This document shows positions 25,822 through 35,181 of a DNA stretch of 64,000 nt, piece by piece. Positions within the stretch are counted from its first letter, which is position 1; each line of letters opens with the position of its first letter. This DNA comes from an uncultured Acidobacteriota bacterium (lineage in GTDB: Bacteria; Acidobacteriota; Terriglobia; Acidiferrales; UBA7541). Location of the stretch: the NCBI GenBank assembly GCA_963703675.1, contig CAVPFH010000011.1, positions 10,565 to 74,564 of the forward strand. Direction: 5' to 3'. The notes under the pieces were generated by a model. The model saw only the letters and a list, made by a program, of their open reading frames with translations. It was not told where the DNA came from and searched no databases. The position numbers were made by a program, and so were the translations under genes.

Positions 25822-26903
25822 TGCCCGAACTTTCGCCGGACAGATTGATCGAGCGCCTGCGAAAAGGCAAACCTATCAGTGCCATAATTCTGGAAGGCAC
25901 TGATCCCTATCTGCGTGAAATGTGCCGGAATCAAATCATCGACACTTACGTTCCGGAACCGATGCGCGAGTGGGCGCTCAGTCGCACGTCCCTGCGCGGC
26001 GGCGATTGGAGCGAATTATTTCAACGCGCCGAAACCATGCCCATGCTGGCGCCCTGCCAGGTAATCCTGGTAGATGGCGCTGAATCAATCCAATCGCGCA
26101 TCAAGGATGGCGACGAAGCTGCCGAAGACGATGATGACGACGGCGAAGATCCGCGCAAGGACACGCTGAGAGCCTTTGCTGAATATCTCAAGAACCCCCC
26201 GCCATTCACCGTGCTGGTATTTGAAGTCCCCAAACTCGACCACAGGCAGCGTCTTTACAAAATACTGGCCGAAAACGCTGTAATCGCTGAACTGACGCTC
26301 GGCAGCGAGTCCGCAGCATCCCTGGGCGTGCAGATGGCCGAAGAACTTGGCGCAGAAATCGACCGCCCCGCCGCCAACTTACTAGCAGAAATCGTGAATA
26401 GTGAACCAGCGCGCATCCGCATCGAAATTCAAAAACTGACTTCGTACGTTGGAGTACGAGGCCGCATCACATCCGCCGCGGTTGAGGAATTAGTTCCGAA
26501 TGCCCGCAAGAATACGGTTTGGCAACTAGCCGAAATGCTGGCTACTGGTCGCCGCGCCGATGCTCTGCAATTCCTTGAAAATCTCCTGCGCGAGGGCGAA
26601 CAACCGATCGCGCTGGTGGGCGTACTGGCGTGGATGTATCGCAAATTGATTGAAGCACGGGATCTACCGGCGGGAATGAATGGTTTCCAGGCGGCGCGTC
26701 TGCTGGGCATGCGCGTTGATGCCGCACAAGCCGCAGTGCGCAACGCACATCGTATGCACAAGAGGGATTTGCTCGCAGGCTTGAGTGCTCTTGCGGAGGC
26801 CGACAGCCGGCTGAAGTCCTCAAACCCGAATCCGAAAGCGCTGATGGAATTTCTGATCGCGAAGCTTACCGGGTCGGCGACCTCAGCGTCGACGACGGCC
26901 TGA
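25821..26903 (+). CDS. holA: DNA polymerase III subunit delta
   Basis: 360 aa. The delta-subunit N-terminal pattern and overall length fit. TAATG overlap with lptE. Confidence 0.75.
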   Translation: MPELSPDRLIERLRKGKPISAIILEGTDPYLREMCRNQIIDTYVPEPMREWALSRTSLRGGDWSELFQRAETMPMLAPCQVILVDGAESIQSRIKDGDEAAEDDDDDGEDPRKDTLRAFAEYLKNPPPFTVLVFEVPKLDHRQRLYKILAENAVIAELTLGSESAASLGVQMAEELGAEIDRPAANLLAEIVNSEPARIRIEIQKLTSYVGVRGRITSAAVEELVPNARKNTVWQLAEMLATGRRADALQFLENLLREGEQPIALVGVLAWMYRKLIEARDLPAGMNGFQAARLLGMRVDAAQAAVRNAHRMHKRDLLAGLSALAEADSRLKSSNPNPKALMEFLIAKLTGSATSASTTA

Positions 26904-26928
26904 TCCGTGATGAAGTTTCGAAATGGAT

Positions 26929-26952
26929 AGGTTCCGACGGAACCTAATTTTT
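26929..26952 (+). terminator. Rho-independent terminator after holA
   Basis: AGGTTCC-GAC-GGAACCT (7-bp stem, 3-nt loop) followed by AATTTTT. Confidence 0.5.
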
Positions 26953-26958
26953 CGATCC

Positions 26959-27552
26959 TCAACCAGGTTTAAATTCCGGCACAACTTCACTGGGCTTAAA
27001 GAGTAACTTCGATGTTACGCCGGTAGCGCGCGCAGCCTCAGCAGCGATTTTCTCGAGATCGCTCTTCCCGAATCCCACCGAGCTCAGCTGAATTGTTCCA
27101 TCCGGAGAAATCAAAAAGACAGTGGGAACATTCGTGATCCCATATCGATTTGAAACAGGGTATCCATCTGCGTCGATCAGAGCAGGGAACTCGACGTCAA
27201 ATTCCTTGAAGAACTCGCGCGTGTCCGCAGCGTCATTCTGTGAAATTCCCCACATTGTGAATTTCTCGCCGCCATACGTTTCATGTAACCGTTCAAGGAA
27301 CGGCGCCGTGAACTGGCAGGTCGGACAACTCACCTTGAAAAAGGCCACAACCACCGGCCCTTTTTTCAGCGCGTCCGCAAGGCTCAAAGTCTCGCCGTCC
27401 ACAGATTCTAGCGTGATCGCCGGAGCGTGCTCGCCGGAGGACAGCGCGGACATCCTCCTCTCTCCCAACATTTCACGAATATGCCGCTTGAGGCTCATAG
27501 GTCTAGTGTAACCCGACATTCGTTGGATGCGGCTCGACCTGGCCAGAGCCAA
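26959..27552 (-). CDS. TlpA/redoxin-family thiol:disulfide oxidoreductase
   Basis: Thioredoxin fold with an FFKVSCPTCQ (CxxC) motif. Internal ATGs at 27519 and 27498 are alternative starts. Confidence 0.7.
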   Translation of the reverse strand: MALARSSRIQRMSGYTRPMSLKRHIREMLGERRMSALSSGEHAPAITLESVDGETLSLADALKKGPVVVAFFKVSCPTCQFTAPFLERLHETYGGEKFTMWGISQNDAADTREFFKEFDVEFPALIDADGYPVSNRYGITNVPTVFLISPDGTIQLSSVGFGKSDLEKIAAEAARATGVTSKLLFKPSEVVPEFKPG

Positions 27553-27580
27553 GTCGCGAATAATACATTACAGCTGCCGT

Positions 27581-27604
27581 TGCCGTCGCAGTTGCCGTCG
27601 TCTC
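27581..27604. repeat. 12-bp tandem repeat x2 (GTTGCCGTCGCA GTTGCCGTCGTC)
   Basis: Read directly. Intergenic, next to a REP-like hairpin. Confidence 0.7.
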
Positions 27605-27615
27605 AGCCTTTCGCT

Positions 27616-27656
27616 GTCATCCTTCCGGTCGGACCCTTCCCGAGCGGAAGGATCTC
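27616..27656 (+). repeat. REP-like hairpin element (GTCATCCTTCCG...CGGAAGGATCTC)
   Basis: Perfect 9-bp stem ATCCTTCCG (27619-27627) / CGGAAGGAT (27645-27653). It shares the GTCATCC...GGAxxTC termini with the other copies. The GGCTTCAGCG 10-mer also found at 57634-57643 occurs as a reverse complement at 27672-27681. Confidence 0.6.
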
Positions 27657-27688
27657 TCTTACTGCAACTTCCGCTGAAGCCTGAATTA

Positions 27689-28963
27689 TCAATGAATATT
27701 GCGGGTCTTTTTACCAACGTAGTCCATCAGCAGGTACTGCCCGAGGGTGTAAGGCGTAGTGAAGTAGGCTTTGCCGCGGCACAGCTCGGTGATCTTCTGC
27801 ACAAAATGCACCAGGCTATAATCGCTCGACAGCATAAAGGTATTGATCAAAATACCAGCACGTTTGCATTTCGCAACTTCTTCCATCGTTTGCGTCACGA
27901 CCAGAGGATCTAACCCGAAAGCATTCTTGTAAATGCGCCCATCTTCAAGAGTCAGCGCAGAAGGCTTGCCATCAGTGATCATGACGATCTGGCGCATATC
28001 TTTCTTCTGCCGCGAAAGAATGCGCTGCGCGAGACGAAGCCCCTCGCGCGTATTCGTGTAGTAAGGTCCTACTTGCACTCGCGCGAGCTTGCCGAGCGGA
28101 ATTTCCTCCGCGCTATCGTGGAACAGCACGCAATGCAAAGAATCGCCCGGATATTGCGTGCGAATCAGATGCGATAGAGCGAGAGCTACGCGCTTCGCAG
28201 GCGTAAAACGATCCTCGCCGTAAAGAATCATGCTGTGGCTGCAATCGAGCATCAGCACAGTGGCGCACGAACTTTGGTATTCGCACTGGTGCACCATCAA
28301 GTCCGGATAATCGAGCTCAATCGGAACCTGCGTGCCACTGCGCTGCACGGCATTGAAAAGCGTAGCGCTGATGTCCATATTCAGCGTGTCGCCAAATTCG
28401 TAATGCTTCGAAGTCCCGCCGGATTCAACGCCAGTCGAAAGATCGCGCGTGTCGTGCCGTCCAAAGCTGCTCTTACCAAGCGACGCGAGCAAATCCTTGA
28501 GCGTCTTGAATCCCAGAAAATCGAGGGCCTTATCTGTAATCTCAAATCGCGCTTCCACGTTCGGCTGAGCCTCGCCGACTTGCCCCCCTGGGGTCTGCGA
28601 AGGGGGCGGCGTCACCTGCGCGGGCTGGTTAGAACGCGAAATAAACCCTTCCTGCTCCATCCGCAGGATAATCTGGTCAACAACGTCGCGCAATTCCTGA
28701 TTCTGCGCAATATCAGGATTGTTCAGCAGCTGCTCCATCATCTCAGGAGAAAGCAACTCGCCCTCCTGCAGCGCGCGCAGGATCGCTTCGCGCAGCTCCT
28801 CCATCATCTGCTCGCGCGACCGCTCCGAATCCATCTCGTAAATACCGTACTGCGATTGAAAGCCGCTCTGCAGCAGGAAATCCGAAAGCCGGCTCATCAA
28901 TTCCTGAAGATCGATGTCGTCGCCGGCGTTGGGCGCGTACTTTGAGTAGCGTGTGTATTTCAT
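27689..28963 (-). CDS. VWA-domain protein (BchD/CoxE-like C-terminal vWA with MIDAS)
   Basis: 424 aa. MIDAS DxSxS (LMLDCSHSM) and a later MITDGKPS block. The acidic/helical N-terminal half has a Pro-rich linker. 36 nt downstream of the AAA+ gene. Confidence 0.75.
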   Translation of the reverse strand: MKYTRYSKYAPNAGDDIDLQELMSRLSDFLLQSGFQSQYGIYEMDSERSREQMMEELREAILRALQEGELLSPEMMEQLLNNPDIAQNQELRDVVDQIILRMEQEGFISRSNQPAQVTPPPSQTPGGQVGEAQPNVEARFEITDKALDFLGFKTLKDLLASLGKSSFGRHDTRDLSTGVESGGTSKHYEFGDTLNMDISATLFNAVQRSGTQVPIELDYPDLMVHQCEYQSSCATVLMLDCSHSMILYGEDRFTPAKRVALALSHLIRTQYPGDSLHCVLFHDSAEEIPLGKLARVQVGPYYTNTREGLRLAQRILSRQKKDMRQIVMITDGKPSALTLEDGRIYKNAFGLDPLVVTQTMEEVAKCKRAGILINTFMLSSDYSLVHFVQKITELCRGKAYFTTPYTLGQYLLMDYVGKKTRNIH

Positions 28964-28999
28964 GGGATCCCGGTACAGCTCTTCCCTAAATCAAATCTC

Positions 29000-30487
29000 T
29001 TAGTTGAATTGCCGTCGTGTCCGGCCGCTTGAAGATTCCCGAGGCTCGCGCGGCTCCGGCGTCTTACGCCCGTCAGCGAAATACCCACGCTCCTCGCTAC
29101 GATTGATGCGCTTGTGCGCCCACAACCCTTCGAGAATAAACTCCGCCGCGCTCACGACCATGCCGGCGTCGTCTTTCTGGTTTACATCCAGCACGCTCAA
29201 ATTGTCGAAGAGCCCCTGAATTTTCTTCAACTCAGCCATAACTTCGGAACCGGACGCATTAGCCGGAACCTTCAATTCGCCGCCAAGTTCAAACCACTGA
29301 ATCACCGGCTGCATATTCGCGCCGGTAAAGTACTGCGTATACGTTTTTCCGATCGCAGCGCGGATCAGCTCGCGGGCGATATTGTCGGCGCCGCGTAATT
29401 CGCCTTCATATTCCAGCTCGAATTTGCCAGTCATCGAAGGAATCGCGGCGTAAATGTCCGCCACACGCGCCACCACCGCGGAATCGCGGCTGCGAACAGC
29501 ACGCTGTTCAGCGCTGCTCATCACATTTTCAAGCGCGCTGATAGGAAGCCGCTGGCTGACACCGGAACGCCGATCCACGCGCTTGTCTTCACGGGCCTGA
29601 AACGCGATCTCTTCCACCACTTCGCGCACGTACTGCGGCATTTCGACGCGCTTGGTACTCTCGCGCTTGATCCACGATTCCTGCGCAGTGATGGACATTC
29701 CTTCGGCCACAGTCGCCGGATAGTGGGTGCGAATTTCAGATCCAATACGGTCTTTTAAAGGCGTGATGATCTTGCCGCGCGCGGTATAGTCCTCAGGGTT
29801 CGCGGTGAATACCAGCAACACATCCAGCGCCAGCCGCACAGGGTAGCCCTTAATCTGCACGTCGCCTTCCTGCATGATATTGAAAAGTCCGACCTGGATT
29901 TTTCCAGCAAGATCCGGCAATTCATTGATCGCAAAAATCCCGCGGTTAGCTCGAGGTAGCAACCCATAGTGAATCGTCAGCTCGTCCGAAAGACTTCGTC
30001 CGCTGCGTGCAGCTTTAATGGGGTCTACGTCGCCGATCATGTCCGCAATGGTGACATCCGGTGTAGCCAACTTTTCCACATAGCGATGGTCACGCGACAA
30101 CCAGCCGATGGGCGTGGTATCGCCATCCGCAGCAATGCGTTCGCGGCAGGTCCGGCAAAGCGGCGCATAGGGATTGTCGTGAATTTCGCAGCCTTCGACG
30201 AAAGGAATACGCGGATCCATAAATTCCACCAGCCCACGAAGAATCCGCGACTTCGCTTGCCCGCGCAACCCGAGCAAAATAAAATGGTGTCGCGAAAGGA
30301 TGGCATTGATGATCTGCGGCAGCACAGTATCGTCGTAGCCTTGTACACCCGAAAAGAGCGCGTCGCCCTTCTCCATTTTGCACAGCAGATTTTCACGCAA
30401 TTCTTGCCGCATAGTCCTGCGTGCGGTTCTTTCTTCCGACCACTGGCTGCGGCGAAGTTCACCCAAAGTTTTCGGCAATGAAGTCAT
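29000..30487 (-). CDS. ChlI/BchI-like AAA+ ATPase with deviant Walker A/B
   Basis: 495 aa. FILLGLRGQAKSRILRGL aligns by eye with BchI MGDRGTGKSTTIRAL. RANRGIFAINELPDL aligns with ANRGYLYIDEVNLL. Paired with the VWA gene. Confidence 0.7.
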   Translation of the reverse strand: MTSLPKTLGELRRSQWSEERTARRTMRQELRENLLCKMEKGDALFSGVQGYDDTVLPQIINAILSRHHFILLGLRGQAKSRILRGLVEFMDPRIPFVEGCEIHDNPYAPLCRTCRERIAADGDTTPIGWLSRDHRYVEKLATPDVTIADMIGDVDPIKAARSGRSLSDELTIHYGLLPRANRGIFAINELPDLAGKIQVGLFNIMQEGDVQIKGYPVRLALDVLLVFTANPEDYTARGKIITPLKDRIGSEIRTHYPATVAEGMSITAQESWIKRESTKRVEMPQYVREVVEEIAFQAREDKRVDRRSGVSQRLPISALENVMSSAEQRAVRSRDSAVVARVADIYAAIPSMTGKFELEYEGELRGADNIARELIRAAIGKTYTQYFTGANMQPVIQWFELGGELKVPANASGSEVMAELKKIQGLFDNLSVLDVNQKDDAGMVVSAAEFILEGLWAHKRINRSEERGYFADGRKTPEPREPRESSSGRTRRQFN

Positions 30488-30617
30488 GAGGGCCTCAGTA
30501 ACTCAATTACTATGATGCGACGCGTTCTGAATCTGTTTCAGCACCATTATAGAGGAAGGAAGCCGGCGGCGATACTTTCGTTTGGGCAGGTTCAATTAAT
30601 AGGATCGATGGAATGAA

Positions 30618-31250
30618 TTAATTCAATTGATGGCCGTTGCCGGCGGCAGTCGAGCGGGCCCGCTGCTGGTTACCGAGCCGCGGGAGCAGCATATTCATCC
30701 ACTGTATAAGAAAATCCTGGCGCTTGGGCTCATCCCGAACTTCGAGAAGCTGTTGCCTTTCCTCGAGATCAAGCGGCAGCCGTGCCGCCAGCAGATAAGA
30801 CAGAGGCCAAAGTGGCTGCCTGGCGGTGGTAACCCACATCTGTCCATAAATCAGCGAGTGGCACTCCTGAAAAAGCGCCAGTAGTCCGCCATTCTCACGG
30901 CAGTCAATGGATTCGTGCAGCGGCGCAGGAACATCCACAAGATATTCGACCACCGCTTCGTGGTATTCCTTCTCCTGCAGCAGCTTCAGAATTCGGAAGA
31001 CGACATTGCCTTGTGTCAGAATATCCATGCGGCCGTCAGGATAATCTTTGATCTTTCGAGTGATAGCTGCCGTGCAACCCACGGTAGTAACGCCTCGCTC
31101 GCCAGCCAGCACGATTCCGAACTCGCGATTTTCGTTCAAGCAACAAGCGATCATAACCTTGTATCGCTGCTCGAAAATATGCAATGGCAGTGTAGCGCCG
31201 GGGAACAGCACAACTTCCAGGGGGAAAAGCGGAATACGATTCGGTCTCAT
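30618..31250 (-). CDS. Lon N-terminal (LON substrate-binding) domain-only protein
   Basis: 210 aa. IPLFPLEVVLFPGATLPLHIFEQRYKVMI is the classic LON-N start. No AAA or protease domain. Confidence 0.8.
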   Translation of the reverse strand: MRPNRIPLFPLEVVLFPGATLPLHIFEQRYKVMIACCLNENREFGIVLAGERGVTTVGCTAAITRKIKDYPDGRMDILTQGNVVFRILKLLQEKEYHEAVVEYLVDVPAPLHESIDCRENGGLLALFQECHSLIYGQMWVTTARQPLWPLSYLLAARLPLDLEERQQLLEVRDEPKRQDFLIQWMNMLLPRLGNQQRARSTAAGNGHQLN

Positions 31251-31286
31251 GATATTAACCTGCTTAGAAAAACGGCAGCGCCGAGC

Positions 31287-31619
31287 CTAGCGCATCAGCG
31301 CCAGGGCAGCCTGCATTTCATCTCGGGCATGCATATCGCCCGCGTTTTGAGCGACCAAAATACCGTCGGAAAGAAGTTTGCGGGCCTGCTCCAGCTTTCC
31401 TATGCGTGATAGATGTTGGCCGAATTGAAAATAGCCGGCGACGTAACCCGGGTTGGCTTCCAGTAATTTCTGAAAATGTTCAGTAGCGGCGTCATTGTCG
31501 CCGTCTTTAGTGCATTCGAGCGCCAGTCCATAGCGCGCGAACGCATCCGACGGCTTCTCAGCCACAAATTGTTCCAGAACTTCACGGCGCGACTTCTGCG
31601 TTTGGGTCATAGCTGCCAA
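31287..31619 (-). CDS. Small tetratricopeptide-repeat protein
   Basis: 110 aa. Two to three TPR-like helix pairs (AFARYGLALECTKDGDNDAATEHFQKLLEANPGYVAGYFQFGQHL). Confidence 0.6.
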   Translation of the reverse strand: MAAMTQTQKSRREVLEQFVAEKPSDAFARYGLALECTKDGDNDAATEHFQKLLEANPGYVAGYFQFGQHLSRIGKLEQARKLLSDGILVAQNAGDMHARDEMQAALALMR

Positions 31620-31710
31620 ACGCGTATTATAGCGAGCTTAAGGATTCACGCCAAGGGCGCAAGGCTTTTGGTGGCAGCGAAAATTCGCGCAAAGATCGGC
31701 GGCCTGCGAA

Positions 31711-32268
31711 ATGGCGAAAAAAACAAAATCGAACGGTAAAAAATCGAGCGAAGCGTCTGCCAAAGTCTTCACCGAAACCAGGTTGCCGGGTAAGCCGGTA
31801 CAAGCATCGGCTTCGGAGATCGTCGAAATCGTCCTGCCAAACGACGCCAACTTGCTCGGCAACATGCTCGGCGGCCGAGTAATGCACTTGATTGATATCG
31901 CCGGAGCGCTTGCGGCCAATCGCCACTCCAATAGCCATGTGGTCACCGCGTCCGTGGACTATCTCGATTTTCGTTTTCCCATTCGCGTGGGCGAGTGGAT
32001 CGTCCTGAAGTCGAGCGTCAACCGCGTGTTTAGCACGTCGATGGAAGTAGGAGTCAAGGTGTTCGCCGAAAATATTCTTACCGGTGAGCGCCGGCACACC
32101 AGCACGGCGTTCGTCACATTTGTAGCCCTGGACGCGAACCATCAACCGCATCCGGTGGCGCCGCTGATTTTGGAGAGCGAAGACGAGCGCCGTCGCTATC
32201 GCGAAGCTGGAGAGCGGCGTCGACTCCGGCTAAAGATGCGGAACATGCGCCCGCTCTCGGAGGATTAA
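31711..32268 (+). CDS. Acyl-CoA thioesterase (hotdog fold, YciA-like)
   Basis: LPNDANLLGNMLGGRVMHLIDIAGALAA...VTASVDYLDFRFPIRVGEWI matches the 4HBT/BFIT-type thioesterase pattern. Confidence 0.8.
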   Translation: MAKKTKSNGKKSSEASAKVFTETRLPGKPVQASASEIVEIVLPNDANLLGNMLGGRVMHLIDIAGALAANRHSNSHVVTASVDYLDFRFPIRVGEWIVLKSSVNRVFSTSMEVGVKVFAENILTGERRHTSTAFVTFVALDANHQPHPVAPLILESEDERRRYREAGERRRLRLKMRNMRPLSED

Positions 32269-32315
32269 GCGCGACGGCCTGGAGTAGCGGGAGCTGCGAG
32301 CGCGATAGCTTGGTA

Positions 32316-33725
32316 CTATGCGGCGGGCATCCGATCACTGATGGTCAAGTAATTTCTAACTGCCTCCGCCGCGTGAAATCCATTCTCCACGCAGTTTCCG
32401 ATAGCTGGCCCCTCGAGATAATTACCCGCGAAAAACAGCCCGGGAGTTTTCCTTTCCGCGTCACGAATGGCTTCGACGATATGCCCGTGCCCTAGATTGT
32501 ATTGGGGCAAAGCGCGCAGATGTTTCCACACCAAGGTTTCAATCGCGGGGCCGGTAATTCCCAGAATGCGTGCATTTTCATCGTGCACGATTCGCGCAAT
32601 CTCTTCTTCCGGATGATTCACGATGTCTAGGTCCGTCGCGCCGCCGATAAAGCTGGTGATGGTCGCGGCCCCCGCGGGCGCGCGATCCGAGAAGAGCGAT
32701 GAATTCCACACCGTCCCGAGCGTGCGGACTTTTTCTCGGCGCGGAACCAGAAATCCAAATCCCTCGAGGGGATCGCCAATTTGCCGCCGATAATAGCTGG
32801 CCGCGACAACTGCTACCGGAGCGTAGGCTATCCCGCTCAATGTGTGTGCGAGGGCAGAGGAGAAGGCATCGAGCAGCGCACCCGCCACATATGCAGGCGC
32901 GGCCATGACAACCGCGTCCGCGAAAACAGATTGTTCCTTGCCTTGCGAAGTGACGCGGATTTCATGGGACCGCTTGCCGCCGGAATTGCCCGGGCTTTCT
33001 CTGGGTTGAATCCCGGACACAATTGCGTGTGATTGCAACTTAGCGCCTATCTTCCCGGCTATCGCGAGCGGCAGCGTTGACATTCCGTGCTTGAACGAGC
33101 ATAGAGGCGCAGGGCCGCTTCGTTTATCTTTCGCCGGCCGCGACTTCATCGCGCCGCGCAGGACGCTGCCGAATTGCCGCTCCCATTGGTCAAGCGGAGG
33201 GAAGGCGGCCTTCAGGCTCAACTGTTCAGGATCTCCTGCGTACACACCAGAAACGAAAGGCGCGACGAGATATTCCAGAATCTCGTTGCCGAACTTACGC
33301 CGCACAAAATTGCCGACGGATTCCTCTTCGCTAGGTGGCTTTGTTCTCTTGAAAGCTTCGGAGGCGATCTTCCAGCGCGACCCGGGCCCCAGCAGCGAGG
33401 AGGTCAGAAGCGCCTGCGGGGACATCGGAATTTTTCGCAAGCGGCCGTGCAGCAGAACGTAGCGAGGCGCGCGAGGATCTGATTTCTGCAGCTGGTCTTC
33501 AATTCCGAGCTCACTGATTAACGCCAGAAGCTCGTCAGTGGCTTGAAAACTCTGAGGTCCAGCTTCGAGCAACAGCCCGTCTTTCTCAACGGTTTCGATC
33601 AGGCCGCCCGGCCGGTCGGACGATTCAAAAACCGTGACATCGACTCCCGATTGTTGCAAACGGTACGCGCAGGCGAGCCCCGAAAGTCCAGCGCCGATCA
33701 CGGCCACTCGTGGGGGATTGGTCAT
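32316..33725 (-). CDS. hemY: FAD-dependent protoporphyrinogen/coproporphyrinogen oxidase (HemY type)
   Basis: 469 aa. VAVIGAGLSGLACAYRL dinucleotide fold and ESVGNFVRRKFGNEILEYLVAPFVSGVYAGDPEQLS (HemY signature). Heme cluster context. Confidence 0.85.
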   Translation of the reverse strand: MTNPPRVAVIGAGLSGLACAYRLQQSGVDVTVFESSDRPGGLIETVEKDGLLLEAGPQSFQATDELLALISELGIEDQLQKSDPRAPRYVLLHGRLRKIPMSPQALLTSSLLGPGSRWKIASEAFKRTKPPSEEESVGNFVRRKFGNEILEYLVAPFVSGVYAGDPEQLSLKAAFPPLDQWERQFGSVLRGAMKSRPAKDKRSGPAPLCSFKHGMSTLPLAIAGKIGAKLQSHAIVSGIQPRESPGNSGGKRSHEIRVTSQGKEQSVFADAVVMAAPAYVAGALLDAFSSALAHTLSGIAYAPVAVVAASYYRRQIGDPLEGFGFLVPRREKVRTLGTVWNSSLFSDRAPAGAATITSFIGGATDLDIVNHPEEEIARIVHDENARILGITGPAIETLVWKHLRALPQYNLGHGHIVEAIRDAERKTPGLFFAGNYLEGPAIGNCVENGFHAAEAVRNYLTISDRMPAA

Positions 33726-33734
33726 GAATGCAGG

Positions 33735-35153
33735 TCAGAGCGTCTTCGAAAAAAGCGGGCGCTGATCCATCTGCTGTTCCTGCAGGTACCGATCGAACGT
33801 CATCGCGACGTTGCGAATAAAAATTCGGCCAAGAGGTGTTACGCGAATTTCATCGCGATTGAGGATCACCAATCCTTCGTCGCGCGGGTCTTCAAGACGA
33901 AGCAATTCCGGCGCGAAATACTCATCGAAAGAAATCCTGAATTCCTTCTCGACTTCGGCTTTTGGAATCACGGTATGGCATAGCAACCTGCCGATCACAG
34001 CCCGGCGAAGCAGGTCATCCGCAGAGAGCCGGTAACCGCGCATGGTAGCGATACCACGCGTTCCGACCGTGGCCTGATAGGCCGGAACCTCTTTACGGTT
34101 TTGCGCATAGGATTCGCCAATTGAGCTAATGGCGCTGACGCCCATGCCGTAGAGGTCTGCGCCCGCCTTGGTGGTGTACCCCTGAAAATTTCTGTGCAGC
34201 GTGCGACTGTGCTGCGCCACAGCCAGCTCGTCGCCCGGCCGCGCGAAGTGATCCATGCCTATGTATAAATATCCCGCGTCAAGGAATCGTTCGAGGCCCG
34301 TGCGGAAAATGCGAAACTTTTCCATTCCTTCCGGCAAGTGCGTCGCAAATGAACCTTGCTGTTTCTTGAGCCACGGCACATGAGCGTAGCTGAACATAGC
34401 GACACGATCCGGCAGCAACGTAAGCGTACGATCAATCGTATCCTTGAAACTTTCAGCGGTTTGGTATGGTAGCCCGTAAATCAGATCGACGTTGAGGCTC
34501 TCGAATCCAAGCTCGCGCGCGGCCACGATCAAATCCCGCGTCAGTTCGTAAGGCTGCACGCGGTGAATCGTTTCCTGCACTTTGGGCTGAAAATCCTGAA
34601 TGCCCATGCTCAGCCGGTTGAATCCGAGCCTTCTCAAAGTCTCCAAATGAGCTCGATGCGTAACCCGCGGGTCGATCTCGATGCCAATCTCCGCATCCGG
34701 CGAAAACGAAAAGCGCTCGCGCGCACAACCGAAAAGGTCTTCCATCTGCACGGGAGTCAAATAAGTCGGCGTTCCCCCGCCCCAGTGAAATTGTATGACC
34801 TCACGTTTGCGCGAAACGTGTCCGCCGACGTGATCGATTTCGCGTTTCAGCGCCTCAAGGTAGGGAATCGCTACCTTCTTGTCTTTTTGAATGGACACGT
34901 TACAGGCGCAGAACAAACACAGGCTCTCGCAGAAGGGAATATGCATGTACAAAGAAAGCGGCGTGGCCCTGTCCTCGGCTCGCGCGTAAAAGTTCTCCAG
35001 GTCGTCAGGCCCGAAATCATCTTTCCACACCGGCGCGGTGGGGTAACTCGTGTAACGGGGACCCGGGCGATTGTATTTCTCAAGCGTAGCATCGGAAAGT
35101 TGCCCGATCTCGAATTTGTCAACGGGTTTTGTAGTTGCGTTAGACATCATCAC
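33735..35153 (-). CDS. hemN: Oxygen-independent coproporphyrinogen III oxidase (radical SAM, HemN type)
   Basis: 472 aa. N-terminal GPRYTSYPTAPVW, the radical-SAM CxxxCxxC (CESLCLFCAC), and full HemN length. Confidence 0.85.
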   Translation of the reverse strand: MMMSNATTKPVDKFEIGQLSDATLEKYNRPGPRYTSYPTAPVWKDDFGPDDLENFYARAEDRATPLSLYMHIPFCESLCLFCACNVSIQKDKKVAIPYLEALKREIDHVGGHVSRKREVIQFHWGGGTPTYLTPVQMEDLFGCARERFSFSPDAEIGIEIDPRVTHRAHLETLRRLGFNRLSMGIQDFQPKVQETIHRVQPYELTRDLIVAARELGFESLNVDLIYGLPYQTAESFKDTIDRTLTLLPDRVAMFSYAHVPWLKKQQGSFATHLPEGMEKFRIFRTGLERFLDAGYLYIGMDHFARPGDELAVAQHSRTLHRNFQGYTTKAGADLYGMGVSAISSIGESYAQNRKEVPAYQATVGTRGIATMRGYRLSADDLLRRAVIGRLLCHTVIPKAEVEKEFRISFDEYFAPELLRLEDPRDEGLVILNRDEIRVTPLGRIFIRNVAMTFDRYLQEQQMDQRPLFSKTL

Positions 35154-35181
35154 TCGATTAATTCTCGTCCACGACCGTTGC

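Noticed and set aside
27689-30487. Interpreting the ChlI-like AAA+ and VWA pair as a class I Mg- or Co-chelatase, given its proximity (under 2 kb) to the heme cluster, which lacks hemH in the window.
   Set aside because: Class I chelatases need a large H/N subunit of more than 1000 aa, and none is present. The pair is separated from the heme genes by unrelated genes on both strands, and the ATPase motifs are deviant. The proximity is probably coincidental.
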